From a virus (lineage: Duplodnaviria; Caudoviricetes): a DNA stretch of 64,000 bases. Made by a program: the position numbers and the translations under genes. Every line of letters starts with the position of its first letter. Within the stretch, counting starts at the first letter, position 1. The notes beneath the pieces are model-generated. The model did not search any database, had not been told where the DNA came from, and saw nothing but the letters and a program-made list of their open reading frames with translations. Where the stretch lies: positions 1 to 64,000 of the IMG/VR virus record IMGVR_UViG_3300021958_000049; one strand, 5' to 3'. Below, one piece after another: positions 21,402 to 30,731 of the stretch.

Positions 21402-22911
21402 TTTAACACATAACGGCAAAATACTAACATTAAGAGATGCTACTGAACTTGAAATAGATCAGCTTAAAATAACGTTGACTAAAAGAATTGAAAATTGGCG
21501 ATGGGATCCTAGAGTCAAGAAAGGTTGGTGGGATGGAAGAATAAGCTATTTTAGAAACGAAATGTATGTTCCATCCGGACTATGGCAAATAGTTCGAGAT
21601 ATGTGTAAGGATTATGATTTTGAATTGCAGGTAAATGGATTATCTGACAAATTTGATAGATCTATACAACTAGAAGAGTTTACTGAATGGGTTAAAGATA
21701 AATTTAAAGATCATAAATTAGATCCAAGGCCTTATCAAATAGAAACCGCTTTTAATATAATTAAAAATAAAAGTTGTTTAGCCGAATTAGCGACATCAGC
21801 AGGTAAATCATTAATATTATATATTGTTTTAGGGTACTTGTTAGAAAACAAAAAGGCAGATAAGGTTTTAATGATCGTACCTAACGTTAGTTTAGTTGTA
21901 CAAGCAACCGAAGATTTTTATGAATATAATAATGGTTCGTTAGACTTAGATTTACAAATACAACAAATATATTCAGGATCAAAAATTAGAAAAAACGCAA
22001 ATGTTGTAATAGGGACTTATCAATCTTTAGTAAAAAAGAAGAAAGAATATTTCGATGAATTCACAACAGTGATGATCGATGAAACTCACAAAGCAAAAGC
22101 ACATTCTATTAAAACCATACTAGAAAAATGTATGGAAGCTGATAGAATATTTGGAGTATCTGGAACTATACCAAAGCCTGATTCTTTAGATCGATTAACA
22201 TTAATGGCTTATACTGGCCCAGTGATACAGAAGGTAATGGCTGATCAATTAATTAAAGAAGGTTATATTTCACCGGTTGAAGTCAAAGTAATTGAAATGA
22301 ATTATGCACCAGATAGCGTAAGAGAAAGCTTTCAATATTTAACAAAAAGCGAAGAAGATCGAAAAAGATTATTAGGATTAGAACAAAACTATGCGATTCA
22401 AGCTACGGAAAGATTAAACTTTGTTACAGATACGGTTCTTAAGGTCAAGAAGAATTGCCTGGTGTTATTTTATAGAGTCGAATATGGTAATATGATATTC
22501 AATAATCTACGAAACAAAAGTTCACGTAGAGTCTTCTATATTGATGGTGGAACCGATAAAGACCTAAGAGAAGAATATAAAAAGCAAATGGAAGATGGTG
22601 AAGGTAAAATATTAGTAGCTTCCTTTGGTACATTTTCTACAGGTATTAATATTAAAAACTTACACTTAGTTGCACTAACTGAATCATTTAAATCCGATGT
22701 TATTATTCGTCAATCTATTGGTCGAGGATTAAGAAAACATGAAACTAAAGATAAACTTACTATATTAGACTTTGTCGATGATTTTAGAATAGACAATTTC
22801 GTTAATTATCTTTATAGACATTCTAAAAAGCGTAGAGAAATTTACAAAGAACAACGATTCCCTTATGAAGTCAAAACAATAGATTTGTCAAAGATATATA
22901 ATAAAACCTAA
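21391..22911 (+). CDS. uvsW: UvsW-like SF2 DNA helicase
   Basis: PRPYQ, ELATSAGKS (Walker A), IDETH, SGT, GTFSTGINI and QSIGRGLR. Confidence 0.92.
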   Translation: MIFDLTHNGKILTLRDATELEIDQLKITLTKRIENWRWDPRVKKGWWDGRISYFRNEMYVPSGLWQIVRDMCKDYDFELQVNGLSDKFDRSIQLEEFTEWVKDKFKDHKLDPRPYQIETAFNIIKNKSCLAELATSAGKSLILYIVLGYLLENKKADKVLMIVPNVSLVVQATEDFYEYNNGSLDLDLQIQQIYSGSKIRKNANVVIGTYQSLVKKKKEYFDEFTTVMIDETHKAKAHSIKTILEKCMEADRIFGVSGTIPKPDSLDRLTLMAYTGPVIQKVMADQLIKEGYISPVEVKVIEMNYAPDSVRESFQYLTKSEEDRKRLLGLEQNYAIQATERLNFVTDTVLKVKKNCLVLFYRVEYGNMIFNNLRNKSSRRVFYIDGGTDKDLREEYKKQMEDGEGKILVASFGTFSTGINIKNLHLVALTESFKSDVIIRQSIGRGLRKHETKDKLTILDFVDDFRIDNFVNYLYRHSKKRREIYKEQRFPYEVKTIDLSKIYNKT

Positions 22912-22932
22912 ATAAAAAACGTTTTTTGTATC

Positions 22933-23433
22933 ATGGCAAAATCTACTGGAAAATTAAAGTATGATTTAGCATTATCAACAACGTCAGTTTTTGACACATC
23001 TTCAGTATATGTTAATAAATCTGCTGTTTTAAATATCAATGGTAATGCAAATCTACAATATAAAACAATAGGAGCAACATATTCTGATAATTCAGGATTG
23101 TTACCAACCGAAGCTAACTTACTACCTGGACCTTCCGCTTCTTTAGGAAAGGCTTATTTATATGTAAGAAATCTTGGACCTACGGCTGCCTCTTCTGTTA
23201 GAGTCAGTACTTCACAACTATCTGGATCTACATCTGTATACGATGCAAACCAATTTGCTGATATTGCAGTTGGAGAATTCGCATTTTTTCCAGTAGTAAT
23301 AGGACCATCTTCATCTAATATTTTTGTTAGATCAGGATACGAAGCTGGCTCAACATATGCTGGAGCTACATATAATGAAATTGAATATATGATTGCATAT
23401 ACGACTCCTAACATTGAAGGACCTAAATATTAA
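22933..23433 (+). CDS. Hypothetical late (virion-associated) protein
   Basis: S/T/A-rich beta-type protein with GATATATA at 22893-22900 upstream. Confidence 0.45.
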   Translation: MAKSTGKLKYDLALSTTSVFDTSSVYVNKSAVLNINGNANLQYKTIGATYSDNSGLLPTEANLLPGPSASLGKAYLYVRNLGPTAASSVRVSTSQLSGSTSVYDANQFADIAVGEFAFFPVVIGPSSSNIFVRSGYEAGSTYAGATYNEIEYMIAYTTPNIEGPKY

Positions 23434-23457
23434 TTAAATTAAAACAAACAATATAAA

Positions 23458-24300
23458 ATGGCACTAGTAAAATTTTCAAAATTTAAAAAGGAAAGAGCTA
23501 CAATTAAAGAAGCTAGAAATAAAGAGATGAAATCTAAAAAGTTTAATCAACTATTTAGTGAAACTCTTAAAGAACTAGGACTTAATTCAGTAGCAGATCT
23601 TTCAGAAGAACAAATGAATTCATTTTTATCAGCATTAAAAACTAAAAAGATTAATGAAGGTAGAGCAGAAGAAATCGAAGCACATACAATGGCTGCTGGA
23701 GAACCTCAACCTGCTGGAATGGCTGGAGAAATTAACCAGAAACATGGTTTTGATTCACCACAAGATCCTAATACTGCAGAGGATGCTAAAGCAGAAGATT
23801 TGAAAGCAGATGAAAATGATACGATCGAAGTTGAGGTTGTTGATGATAATGCTGAGGTAACCGAAAATGCTGAAACTGTTAACGAAGCTAAATTTAAAAA
23901 AGGACAATATATTAAAGCCAAACGCAATAGCGATGATTTTGATGGAGATGTTTATGATAAAACTAACGACGTTGATGGATCTGAAATCTTAAAAAACTCA
24001 TCATTCGAAATTTACAAAATTAGTAAAGATGAAGTTATTCTTTGGAGTGATGCTGATGAAGTAGAATACTCTATCGATCCAGATGATCTTAAGAATTTCG
24101 TAAAGGAATCAGTAGTTAATGAAGCAGAAATTAAATCAGATAAGGAATTTGAAGATTATGCAACAGACGTTTTAAAGAAATCTCATCCAGACGATTATGA
24201 TGAGGCCATTGCCAAAAAGGTAATAGATGGTCTTAAAGACAAATATAAGGATGATTATGGTGCTATGGTTGGTGCTTTAACATCAGGATTTGGAGGATAA
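23458..24300 (+). CDS. Putative head-packaged polyprotein with NE-delimited modules
   Basis: MALVKFSKF leader; junctions IKE|A, INE|G, TVNE|AK and ESVVNE|AE. Confidence 0.5.
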   Translation: MALVKFSKFKKERATIKEARNKEMKSKKFNQLFSETLKELGLNSVADLSEEQMNSFLSALKTKKINEGRAEEIEAHTMAAGEPQPAGMAGEINQKHGFDSPQDPNTAEDAKAEDLKADENDTIEVEVVDDNAEVTENAETVNEAKFKKGQYIKAKRNSDDFDGDVYDKTNDVDGSEILKNSSFEIYKISKDEVILWSDADEVEYSIDPDDLKNFVKESVVNEAEIKSDKEFEDYATDVLKKSHPDDYDEAIAKKVIDGLKDKYKDDYGAMVGALTSGFGG

Positions 24301-24327
24301 TAGAATTAAAATATACACAAATAAGAT

Positions 24328-25485
24328 ATGAAAAATAAAATGATGACTTTTGATGCATTTAATCTTGTTAAGGAATTGAATGAATCTCATGATAAGTTTA
24401 ACAAAGAATTAGCTTTAAACGAAGCTTTTAAATCTGATTACCTAAGAAAATTTGCTTCTCAAGAAAGTGGAACTCGTTGGCAACCAGGATTTGCAAAAGA
24501 TTTCTATAAACATGCAGGAATTAAATTAGATCAGATCACTAACGAAGATTTTATTATATTATCGAATCCATCTGAATGGTGGACTCAAAAATACGCAAAG
24601 AATGACAATGCCGTTGGATTCTTTGTTGATGATGACCCAGAATTCTTAAAGGCATTAAAGAAAGCCAAGAAGCTTAAGAGTTTAGGTGGTGTCGGTGTAA
24701 TTCTTACAATTATGAGAGGTAATCGTGGAATGTGGTATGGATTTGCTAAAGATGCAGGTTCAAGTTTTTCAAGATATAGAAAAGGATCTACTGAGAGATA
24801 TGGTGTTCTTGCTGATGAATATGATACTGCATCTCTTTATGGATGGGATGGAGCTAAACAAAAGGCGAGAATAACTAGACCTAATCTGGAAGAAATGGCT
24901 ACTAAGGTTTATGTTTTAGATATTGATGCACTTAAAGAAAAATATAGTGCTTCTGAGTTAACTTCAAACCGTAGAGACTCTAAAGCTGGTGCTGTAGCTT
25001 TATTAAGTGATAAAGAGGTAAAAGCTGCTAATAAAGCTCGATATGAAAAAATTCTTCAAGATCGCTTAGATCCAAAATTAATGTTCGAAGATGTTAAAGA
25101 ATCGATGACTAAATATACAAATTGGTTGTCGAACAAAGTATCAGAAATTACATTAGACGGTATGGAATACGAGAATAGCAGTTATTTTAACGAACAGAAA
25201 GTTAAATGGGGTTCTTGGAATGAGAATCTTATGAGACCTATCGAAAATATGTGGAGTTTGTTGAATAAGTTTATGAATCGTTATTATGACTTCTTGAGAG
25301 ATCAAGCACATGTTGAAAGATTACAAGAAAAGCTTATTAAAGCAGATTCGACCGAAGCTCAAAAGATTCAAAGTGAAATCGACTACTATGCAAAAACATA
25401 TAACAGATTCGTAAAAGAAGCTACGAGTTATAGAGATTACGTAATAAAATATAAAAAAGACGTAGATGCAATTGTTTCAAAATAA
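24328..25485 (+). CDS. Putative head-packaged protein
   Basis: MMTFDAF leader followed by LNE|S and LNE|A. Confidence 0.45.
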   Translation: MKNKMMTFDAFNLVKELNESHDKFNKELALNEAFKSDYLRKFASQESGTRWQPGFAKDFYKHAGIKLDQITNEDFIILSNPSEWWTQKYAKNDNAVGFFVDDDPEFLKALKKAKKLKSLGGVGVILTIMRGNRGMWYGFAKDAGSSFSRYRKGSTERYGVLADEYDTASLYGWDGAKQKARITRPNLEEMATKVYVLDIDALKEKYSASELTSNRRDSKAGAVALLSDKEVKAANKARYEKILQDRLDPKLMFEDVKESMTKYTNWLSNKVSEITLDGMEYENSSYFNEQKVKWGSWNENLMRPIENMWSLLNKFMNRYYDFLRDQAHVERLQEKLIKADSTEAQKIQSEIDYYAKTYNRFVKEATSYRDYVIKYKKDVDAIVSK

Positions 25486-26779
25486 ATTTAAAAGATATAA
25501 TCAGTTTGTATTCGAAAAGTTAATTAACGAAGCAGATGATATTATTTTAGAAGGTGGTGCGTTTGGCCATATGGCACATCCATACGATGATATTAATTTA
25601 ACCTTTGGAGAAATTAAAAATATGATATCTGATGCTTTGCAAGGAGGATTAGATAAGGAGGTTGTTGCTTCTGAGAAATTAGATGGTCAGGCTATTGCGG
25701 TATCTTGGAGAAACGGAGAATTAGTTGCTGCAAGAAATAAAGGCCACTATAAAAACTCAGCTGCCGGAGCAATGAACGTTCAACAAACAATTGATAAGTT
25801 TGCAGGAAGAGGTGATATAAGTGATGCATTTGGTTTTGCTATTAAAGATCTATCAGATGCTATATCAAAAATAGATGCAAAGAAACGAGATGATATATTT
25901 AAGAATGGTAAATCGTTTATGCATCTAGAACTAATATATCCACCAACTACTAACGTAATTAATTATGATGCATATCGATTAATATTCCACAGTGCTACCG
26001 AGTATGATGAGGCAGGAAATCCTATAGGAGAAGATAAAGCTTCAGCTGCTTTATTAACAAAACTTATTAAGGGTGTTAATGCAGATATTCAAAAGACTTA
26101 TACAATAGTACCTCCAAAGGAGATGCAATTCACTAAAAATATTAATTATGAAGCTGATCGAGCAGAATTCTTTAAAGAGCTAGCAAAAATACAAAAAAGT
26201 GCTGGTATGAATGATAATCAATCTATTAGTGATTATATTAGAAAAGAATACACTGACTTAATAAAAGGTGCTGCTGATAAATATGGTTATGATATTCCTG
26301 AAGATGTTTTAGAAAAACTAATCAGAAGATTTGCATTTGAGGATAAATCTTTTAAAGTACCACAATTCAAAAAGGCAATACTAAATAAAGACTTTTTAGA
26401 ATGGACTCTAAAGTTCGATAAAACCGGAGTTAAAAATTACTACAAAGAAGTAATAGGACCTATTGAATTATTGTTCTTAAAACTTGGAGTTAAGGTTATT
26501 AAATTAGCTACCGGATTTTTAGCAACTAATCCAGACAAAGAAGTTCAACGAATTAAAGATGAGCTAGAAAAACTTATTAAGGATGTTAGAGCTGGTGATA
26601 ATGAAGTTAAGGTTGCTAAACTAGAAAGAGAACTTCGTAGACTTGAAGCTATCGGAGGATTTGATGCGGTAGTTCCTTCTGAAGGAATTGTATTTCAATA
26701 TAAAGGAAAGACATATAAATTAACAGGAGCATTTGCACCAATAAATCAGATACTAGGTACTATCAAATATATGAAATAA
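25466..26779 (+). CDS. Ligase-fold covalent nucleotidyltransferase-like protein with an internal-protein-type leader
   Basis: Motif I SEKLDG (25670-25687), motif IV EGIVF and motif V YKLTG. Leader KRYNQFVFEKLINE|A. Confidence 0.6.
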   Translation: MQLFQNKFKRYNQFVFEKLINEADDIILEGGAFGHMAHPYDDINLTFGEIKNMISDALQGGLDKEVVASEKLDGQAIAVSWRNGELVAARNKGHYKNSAAGAMNVQQTIDKFAGRGDISDAFGFAIKDLSDAISKIDAKKRDDIFKNGKSFMHLELIYPPTTNVINYDAYRLIFHSATEYDEAGNPIGEDKASAALLTKLIKGVNADIQKTYTIVPPKEMQFTKNINYEADRAEFFKELAKIQKSAGMNDNQSISDYIRKEYTDLIKGAADKYGYDIPEDVLEKLIRRFAFEDKSFKVPQFKKAILNKDFLEWTLKFDKTGVKNYYKEVIGPIELLFLKLGVKVIKLATGFLATNPDKEVQRIKDELEKLIKDVRAGDNEVKVAKLERELRRLEAIGGFDAVVPSEGIVFQYKGKTYKLTGAFAPINQILGTIKYMK

Positions 26780-26805
26780 ACTTTTTGTAAAATTGTTCAT
26801 ATAAT
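26777..26805 (+). promoter_or_regulatory. TAAACT-N17-TATAAT promoter-like element
   Basis: One-mismatch copy of the GAAACT-N17-TATAAY motif, upstream of the glycosylase. Confidence 0.6.
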
Positions 26806-26821
26806 TATTAAATAATATTTT

Positions 26822-27211
26822 ATGGCGATTATCCAACAAGAATTTCAACACGATCCATGGAAAATGTTAGTAGGTTGTATTATGTTAAATCAAACACATA
26901 ATCGACAAGTAAGAAGAGTAATATACGACTTCTTCGAAGCATATCCATCACCACAATCAATAACCGAAGAATCAATACCCGATATAGCAGAAAAACTAAG
27001 GCCATTAGGTTTTTACAATCGTAGAGCTAATACAATATATCGTTTTTCGCAAGAATATATAAATAAAGAATATAAACATGTATCTGAACTTTATGGTATA
27101 GGAAAATATGCGTCAGATTCATACGAAATATTCATAAATGATAATAATGATGTAAATCCAACCGATAAGATTTTAAATGCATACTTACGAGGTGAATTTA
27201 TAGATCAATAA
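26822..27211 (+). CDS. MBD4-like HhH-GPD DNA glycosylase (G:T/G:U mismatch type)
   Basis: HDPWKMLVGCIMLNQT...LRPLGFYNRRA..I..FSQEY...ELYGIGKYASDSYEIF closely follows the MBD4 glycosylase domain, including the catalytic Asp position. Confidence 0.8.
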   Translation: MAIIQQEFQHDPWKMLVGCIMLNQTHNRQVRRVIYDFFEAYPSPQSITEESIPDIAEKLRPLGFYNRRANTIYRFSQEYINKEYKHVSELYGIGKYASDSYEIFINDNNDVNPTDKILNAYLRGEFIDQ

Positions 27212-27252
27212 AAGACTGGAGATATATATTAAAACTAAAAAAACGAAAACAA

Positions 27253-27726
27253 ATGAACAATTTGAAAAGCTACGATGAATTTCTTTTTGAGGCTACTAAA
27301 GCTAAAGAAATCGAAGACAAAGTAAACGATTTAGGAGAACCAAAAGATGATAAAGCAGAAGCTGAAAAATCTATGAAAGATTCTTCCGAAGGACCTAAAG
27401 AAGTTGGTGCTGAAAAGGCCGATATTAAAAAGGATGAATTGAAAAAGGATGATAAAGCTGAAGCTGAAAAATCTATGAAAGATTCCTCTGAAGGACCTAA
27501 AGAACCTAAAGAAGAAAAAATCGAAGATGTTAAAGAAATGTCTGAGTATAACGAGAAACATGATAAATATGATGATCGTCTTGTAAACATGACTATTGGA
27601 AAAGTTTTAGATTATCTAAAAACTAAGGATCCTAACGCATATAAAGATATTGAGGCTTATTTAGAAAAGAACTTTAAAGATTTGACTAGTGCAGATGAAT
27701 CTTGGTTTACTACTATGACTGCTTAA
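27253..27726 (+). CDS. Putative head-packaged acidic/lysine-rich protein with an internal repeat
   Basis: Leader MNNLKSYDEFLFE|A, with GATATATA at 27221-27228. Confidence 0.5.
   Translation: MNNLKSYDEFLFEATKAKEIEDKVNDLGEPKDDKAEAEKSMKDSSEGPKEVGAEKADIKKDELKKDDKAEAEKSMKDSSEGPKEPKEEKIEDVKEMSEYNEKHDKYDDRLVNMTIGKVLDYLKTKDPNAYKDIEAYLEKNFKDLTSADESWFTTMTA
27343..27504 (+). repeat. Intragenic direct repeat, 2 x 60 bp (KDDKAEAEKSMKDSSEGPKE)
   Basis: Copies at 27343-27402 and 27445-27504 are identical in protein sequence with a few synonymous changes. Confidence 0.95.
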
Positions 27727-27735
27727 AACTAAAAA

Positions 27736-29442
27736 ATGTCTGCAGGATTATCAAATTTAATTTCATTATACAATCAAGAAGGTCGAGATTTTGTTCTTGA
27801 CCTTCTTGATAAATTTGTAGTAATCAAAGAAAAGAACAATGGTGCCAATCTTTATTTTAAAAAGGATGGTGACCATTTGTCATTTTATAGGTCTAATTTA
27901 AAACCTATTTCTATAATTGATAGAACAATTACATCTATTTATGAAAAGCCAATAAATCATATATTATCGGTAACTGAAGGTATTAAGTTTCCATCAAATT
28001 ATATGTATGGTATTAAATATGATTATGTTAATGAATCTATAACATTAGATGAAATTCGTGTATATAAATCTAGGACTAATATAAAGTTTATTGATGATTT
28101 GCAAATATTACAAGAAAACGCAAAGTCTTTGGAGATAAACTCTCCTAAAATAATACATTACGGTAGACTTAGTAATAATCAAAAGACAGAATTACTAAAA
28201 GTAATAGTAGATCCAAGTTTATTGGAATCAAATTTATCTAATATTTTTAATACGAATAATAACGAATTGATAATTAAATTTCTTGATAAAATGAACGAAA
28301 ATGTATCAGCAAAAATATTAGATCCTAAAAAGGAAATTAAGATTAAGAACGAGGTAAGAGAACCTTCGGATACTTATTCAATTGCTTTACAAGATGTTCT
28401 TGAATTTATACAAACTTTTAACTTTGATACAATAAAAATTAAAGGCGAAGATAACGATCAAAAAATCTTAAATATATTAGCCGATGTATATGCTAAGTAC
28501 ATGGCAAAAAATGGCTACAAATATTCAGGAATCGAAGATTTAGATGGACCTAACTTTTCGAAGAATATACCGTCATTTGATGTTAACTCTAAATTTGTAA
28601 TAAATAAAAACGCACAAAATTATATTGCAAAATCTCAGATTAATAAAGACTTGTTTAAATTGTTTTTAGGAACTTTTATTAAGAAGAAGAAAAAGACTAC
28701 AATATTAATTGACGAAAACACAAGATTCGAAATCAATAAAATAATAGATATTATTATGGAACGTATTAAGACAAAACCTATTGAAAAAGAAACCGTTCCT
28801 ACGTTTGAAGAATATTTCTATAATCGTTACCAAAAGCGTGCATTAATGGAAGCCGAGGAATTAACCGATGAGGAAACTTACATTATTGAAGGAGCTTCGG
28901 TAACAGATAAATCTCAGGGAAAGACTAAAGTAAACATAGTCGTTGGAAGATTTCAACCACCAACTTTAGGCCACGTTAAATTATTAAGACAATTACATGC
29001 GGTAAATAGTTTACCGGTAGTAGTTGTACAAGTAAGATCTAAGAGCGGACAAAAAACTCCATTTGATAATGAACTTATTACTAGAATATGGATGGATATT
29101 ACTAAGCAATATAAATTTATAGAAGGAGTTGTAGAAACTCAAACAGGATTTATATACAATATTATAGATGCTTTACGTCCATTATACGAACCAGTACTTT
29201 GGGGAACCGGTAGTGATCGATTAAAAGATTATGAAAGACAAATTTCTAAGTATGGTCCTGAGGCAAATGTATTAAAAGAATTTGAACCATACGAAGTTAA
29301 AAGAACTGGTAAAAATATAAGCGCAACGAAAGTAAGAGAGGCTATTTTAGAAGATAACCAAAATGAATTTAAAAAATTAACTCCTAAAGCTGAGCATAGA
29401 TATTACAAACAATTGAGAGCAGAGCTTTTACAATCAAAATGA
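27736..29442 (+). CDS. Degenerate ligase-like N-terminal domain fused to a C-terminal cytidylyltransferase-like (HxGH) nucleotidyltransferase
   Basis: N-terminal IKEKNNG resembles motif I. The C-terminal domain has VVGRFQPPTLGH, GTGSDR and ISATKVR. Confidence 0.65.
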   Translation: MSAGLSNLISLYNQEGRDFVLDLLDKFVVIKEKNNGANLYFKKDGDHLSFYRSNLKPISIIDRTITSIYEKPINHILSVTEGIKFPSNYMYGIKYDYVNESITLDEIRVYKSRTNIKFIDDLQILQENAKSLEINSPKIIHYGRLSNNQKTELLKVIVDPSLLESNLSNIFNTNNNELIIKFLDKMNENVSAKILDPKKEIKIKNEVREPSDTYSIALQDVLEFIQTFNFDTIKIKGEDNDQKILNILADVYAKYMAKNGYKYSGIEDLDGPNFSKNIPSFDVNSKFVINKNAQNYIAKSQINKDLFKLFLGTFIKKKKKTTILIDENTRFEINKIIDIIMERIKTKPIEKETVPTFEEYFYNRYQKRALMEAEELTDEETYIIEGASVTDKSQGKTKVNIVVGRFQPPTLGHVKLLRQLHAVNSLPVVVVQVRSKSGQKTPFDNELITRIWMDITKQYKFIEGVVETQTGFIYNIIDALRPLYEPVLWGTGSDRLKDYERQISKYGPEANVLKEFEPYEVKRTGKNISATKVREAILEDNQNEFKKLTPKAEHRYYKQLRAELLQSK

Positions 29443-29467
29443 TATATATTAAAAATAACACAAAATT

Positions 29468-30085
29468 ATGTCTGAATCATTAAACGAAGGACGTCATCAA
29501 GTTAAAAGACGTTATGGTACACATGGAAGAATTCGTGTAAACGAAAACGGTGCTAAGGTAAGAGAAACTATAATTAAGTATATAGGAAAAAATTACGTTA
29601 CTGAAGAAGATTTACATAATCATTTAATTCGTTTAGAAGAAGATCGTGGAGGTGTTAAAGTTAATAAAGCAAAATGGTTTGCCAGAAATCAAAAACTATT
29701 CTCGACATTCGAAAAGAAAGGCAATCGTTATTATTCATTATCTAAGTATGGAATGAGAGTTTTAGAATTAATGAATAACAAAGTTGTTAAGAAAACTTTG
29801 AATGAGAGTAATTTTAAAAACATCCCGTCTTTATCAGAATGGATTTCAATAAACGAAGCTAATGTAAACGAGGCTAAGTTTAATAAAAAGTCTTTAATGA
29901 AAGCTATGAAAAAGGATGATGGTATGATTCAATTAGGTAACGGTCAAGAATATGTTATCTATGCATTTGGTAACGGAAACGATGATAACGATGATATGTG
30001 GGGAGATAAAACAATTTTTGCGCTAGATCAAGACGGTGGAGAGCACGAGATTAAATACTCTGATATCGTAAGCTATAAAGAATAA
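29468..30085 (+). CDS. Putative head-packaged polyprotein with NE-delimited modules
   Basis: LNE|G, LNE|S and INE|ANVNE|AK junctions, with GATATATA at 29441-29448. Confidence 0.5.
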   Translation: MSESLNEGRHQVKRRYGTHGRIRVNENGAKVRETIIKYIGKNYVTEEDLHNHLIRLEEDRGGVKVNKAKWFARNQKLFSTFEKKGNRYYSLSKYGMRVLELMNNKVVKKTLNESNFKNIPSLSEWISINEANVNEAKFNKKSLMKAMKKDDGMIQLGNGQEYVIYAFGNGNDDNDDMWGDKTIFALDQDGGEHEIKYSDIVSYKE

Positions 30086-30094
30086 CTTTTAATT

Positions 30095-30679
30095 ATGCCA
30101 GCTACATCAAAAACTCAATTTAGGCTTTTTAGTCAAGTATATGGAGTACAAAAATTTAAAAAGTCAGGTGGTAAGGATGGATTAGATCCTAAAGAATTAA
30201 ATCCTGAATATAAAAAACAAATCGTAGATATGGCTGATGATATGACACAAAAAGATGTTAAAGATATGATTGATGTTGATTATGATAAACTTCCAGATGA
30301 GGTGAAGGAAAGTGCTGAATTAGAAGTTGGTACTTCGGTCGAATTTGAACATACTAAAGATCCTAAAGAGGCGGAGAAAATTGCTAAAGATCATCTTTCC
30401 GAAGATCCTAATTACTATTCTAAATTATATAAGGCTGGTTTAATTGATGAACCGGACGCTATTGAATTAGCAAAAAAAGCATTTGAGAATAATGCAATGG
30501 CAACCCCGGCAAGTGTAAACGGTATGGGAGATGTTGCATTACCTGGAAATCCAGGAACTGACGAAACCGGTAGCGGTGACATAGCTGCTACATCTGCTTT
30601 AACCGACGACGATGAAGACGAGGATGAAGGTAAGAAAATTTACAAGTTCTTAAAATTTAACGCATTTGTCGGTAAATAA
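30095..30679 (+). CDS. Modular hypothetical protein (DUF3008-like N-terminus plus DUF5661-like domain, by recollection)
   Basis: MPATSKTQFR...KLPDEVKE|S, then ELEVGTSVEFEHTKD..A..IA.DHL.EDPNYYSKL. Family names need an HMM check. Confidence 0.45.
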   Translation: MPATSKTQFRLFSQVYGVQKFKKSGGKDGLDPKELNPEYKKQIVDMADDMTQKDVKDMIDVDYDKLPDEVKESAELEVGTSVEFEHTKDPKEAEKIAKDHLSEDPNYYSKLYKAGLIDEPDAIELAKKAFENNAMATPASVNGMGDVALPGNPGTDETGSGDIAATSALTDDDEDEDEGKKIYKFLKFNAFVGK

Positions 30680-30684
30680 TTTCT

Positions 30685-30713
30685 GAAACTACTTAGGTTT
30701 CTTTGCATATAAC
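30685..30713 (+). promoter_or_regulatory. GAAACT-N17-TATAAC promoter-like element
   Basis: Exact motif upstream of the dUTPase/polymerase/RNR operon. Confidence 0.7.
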
Positions 30714-30731
30714 TATTAAACTATACGCAAA

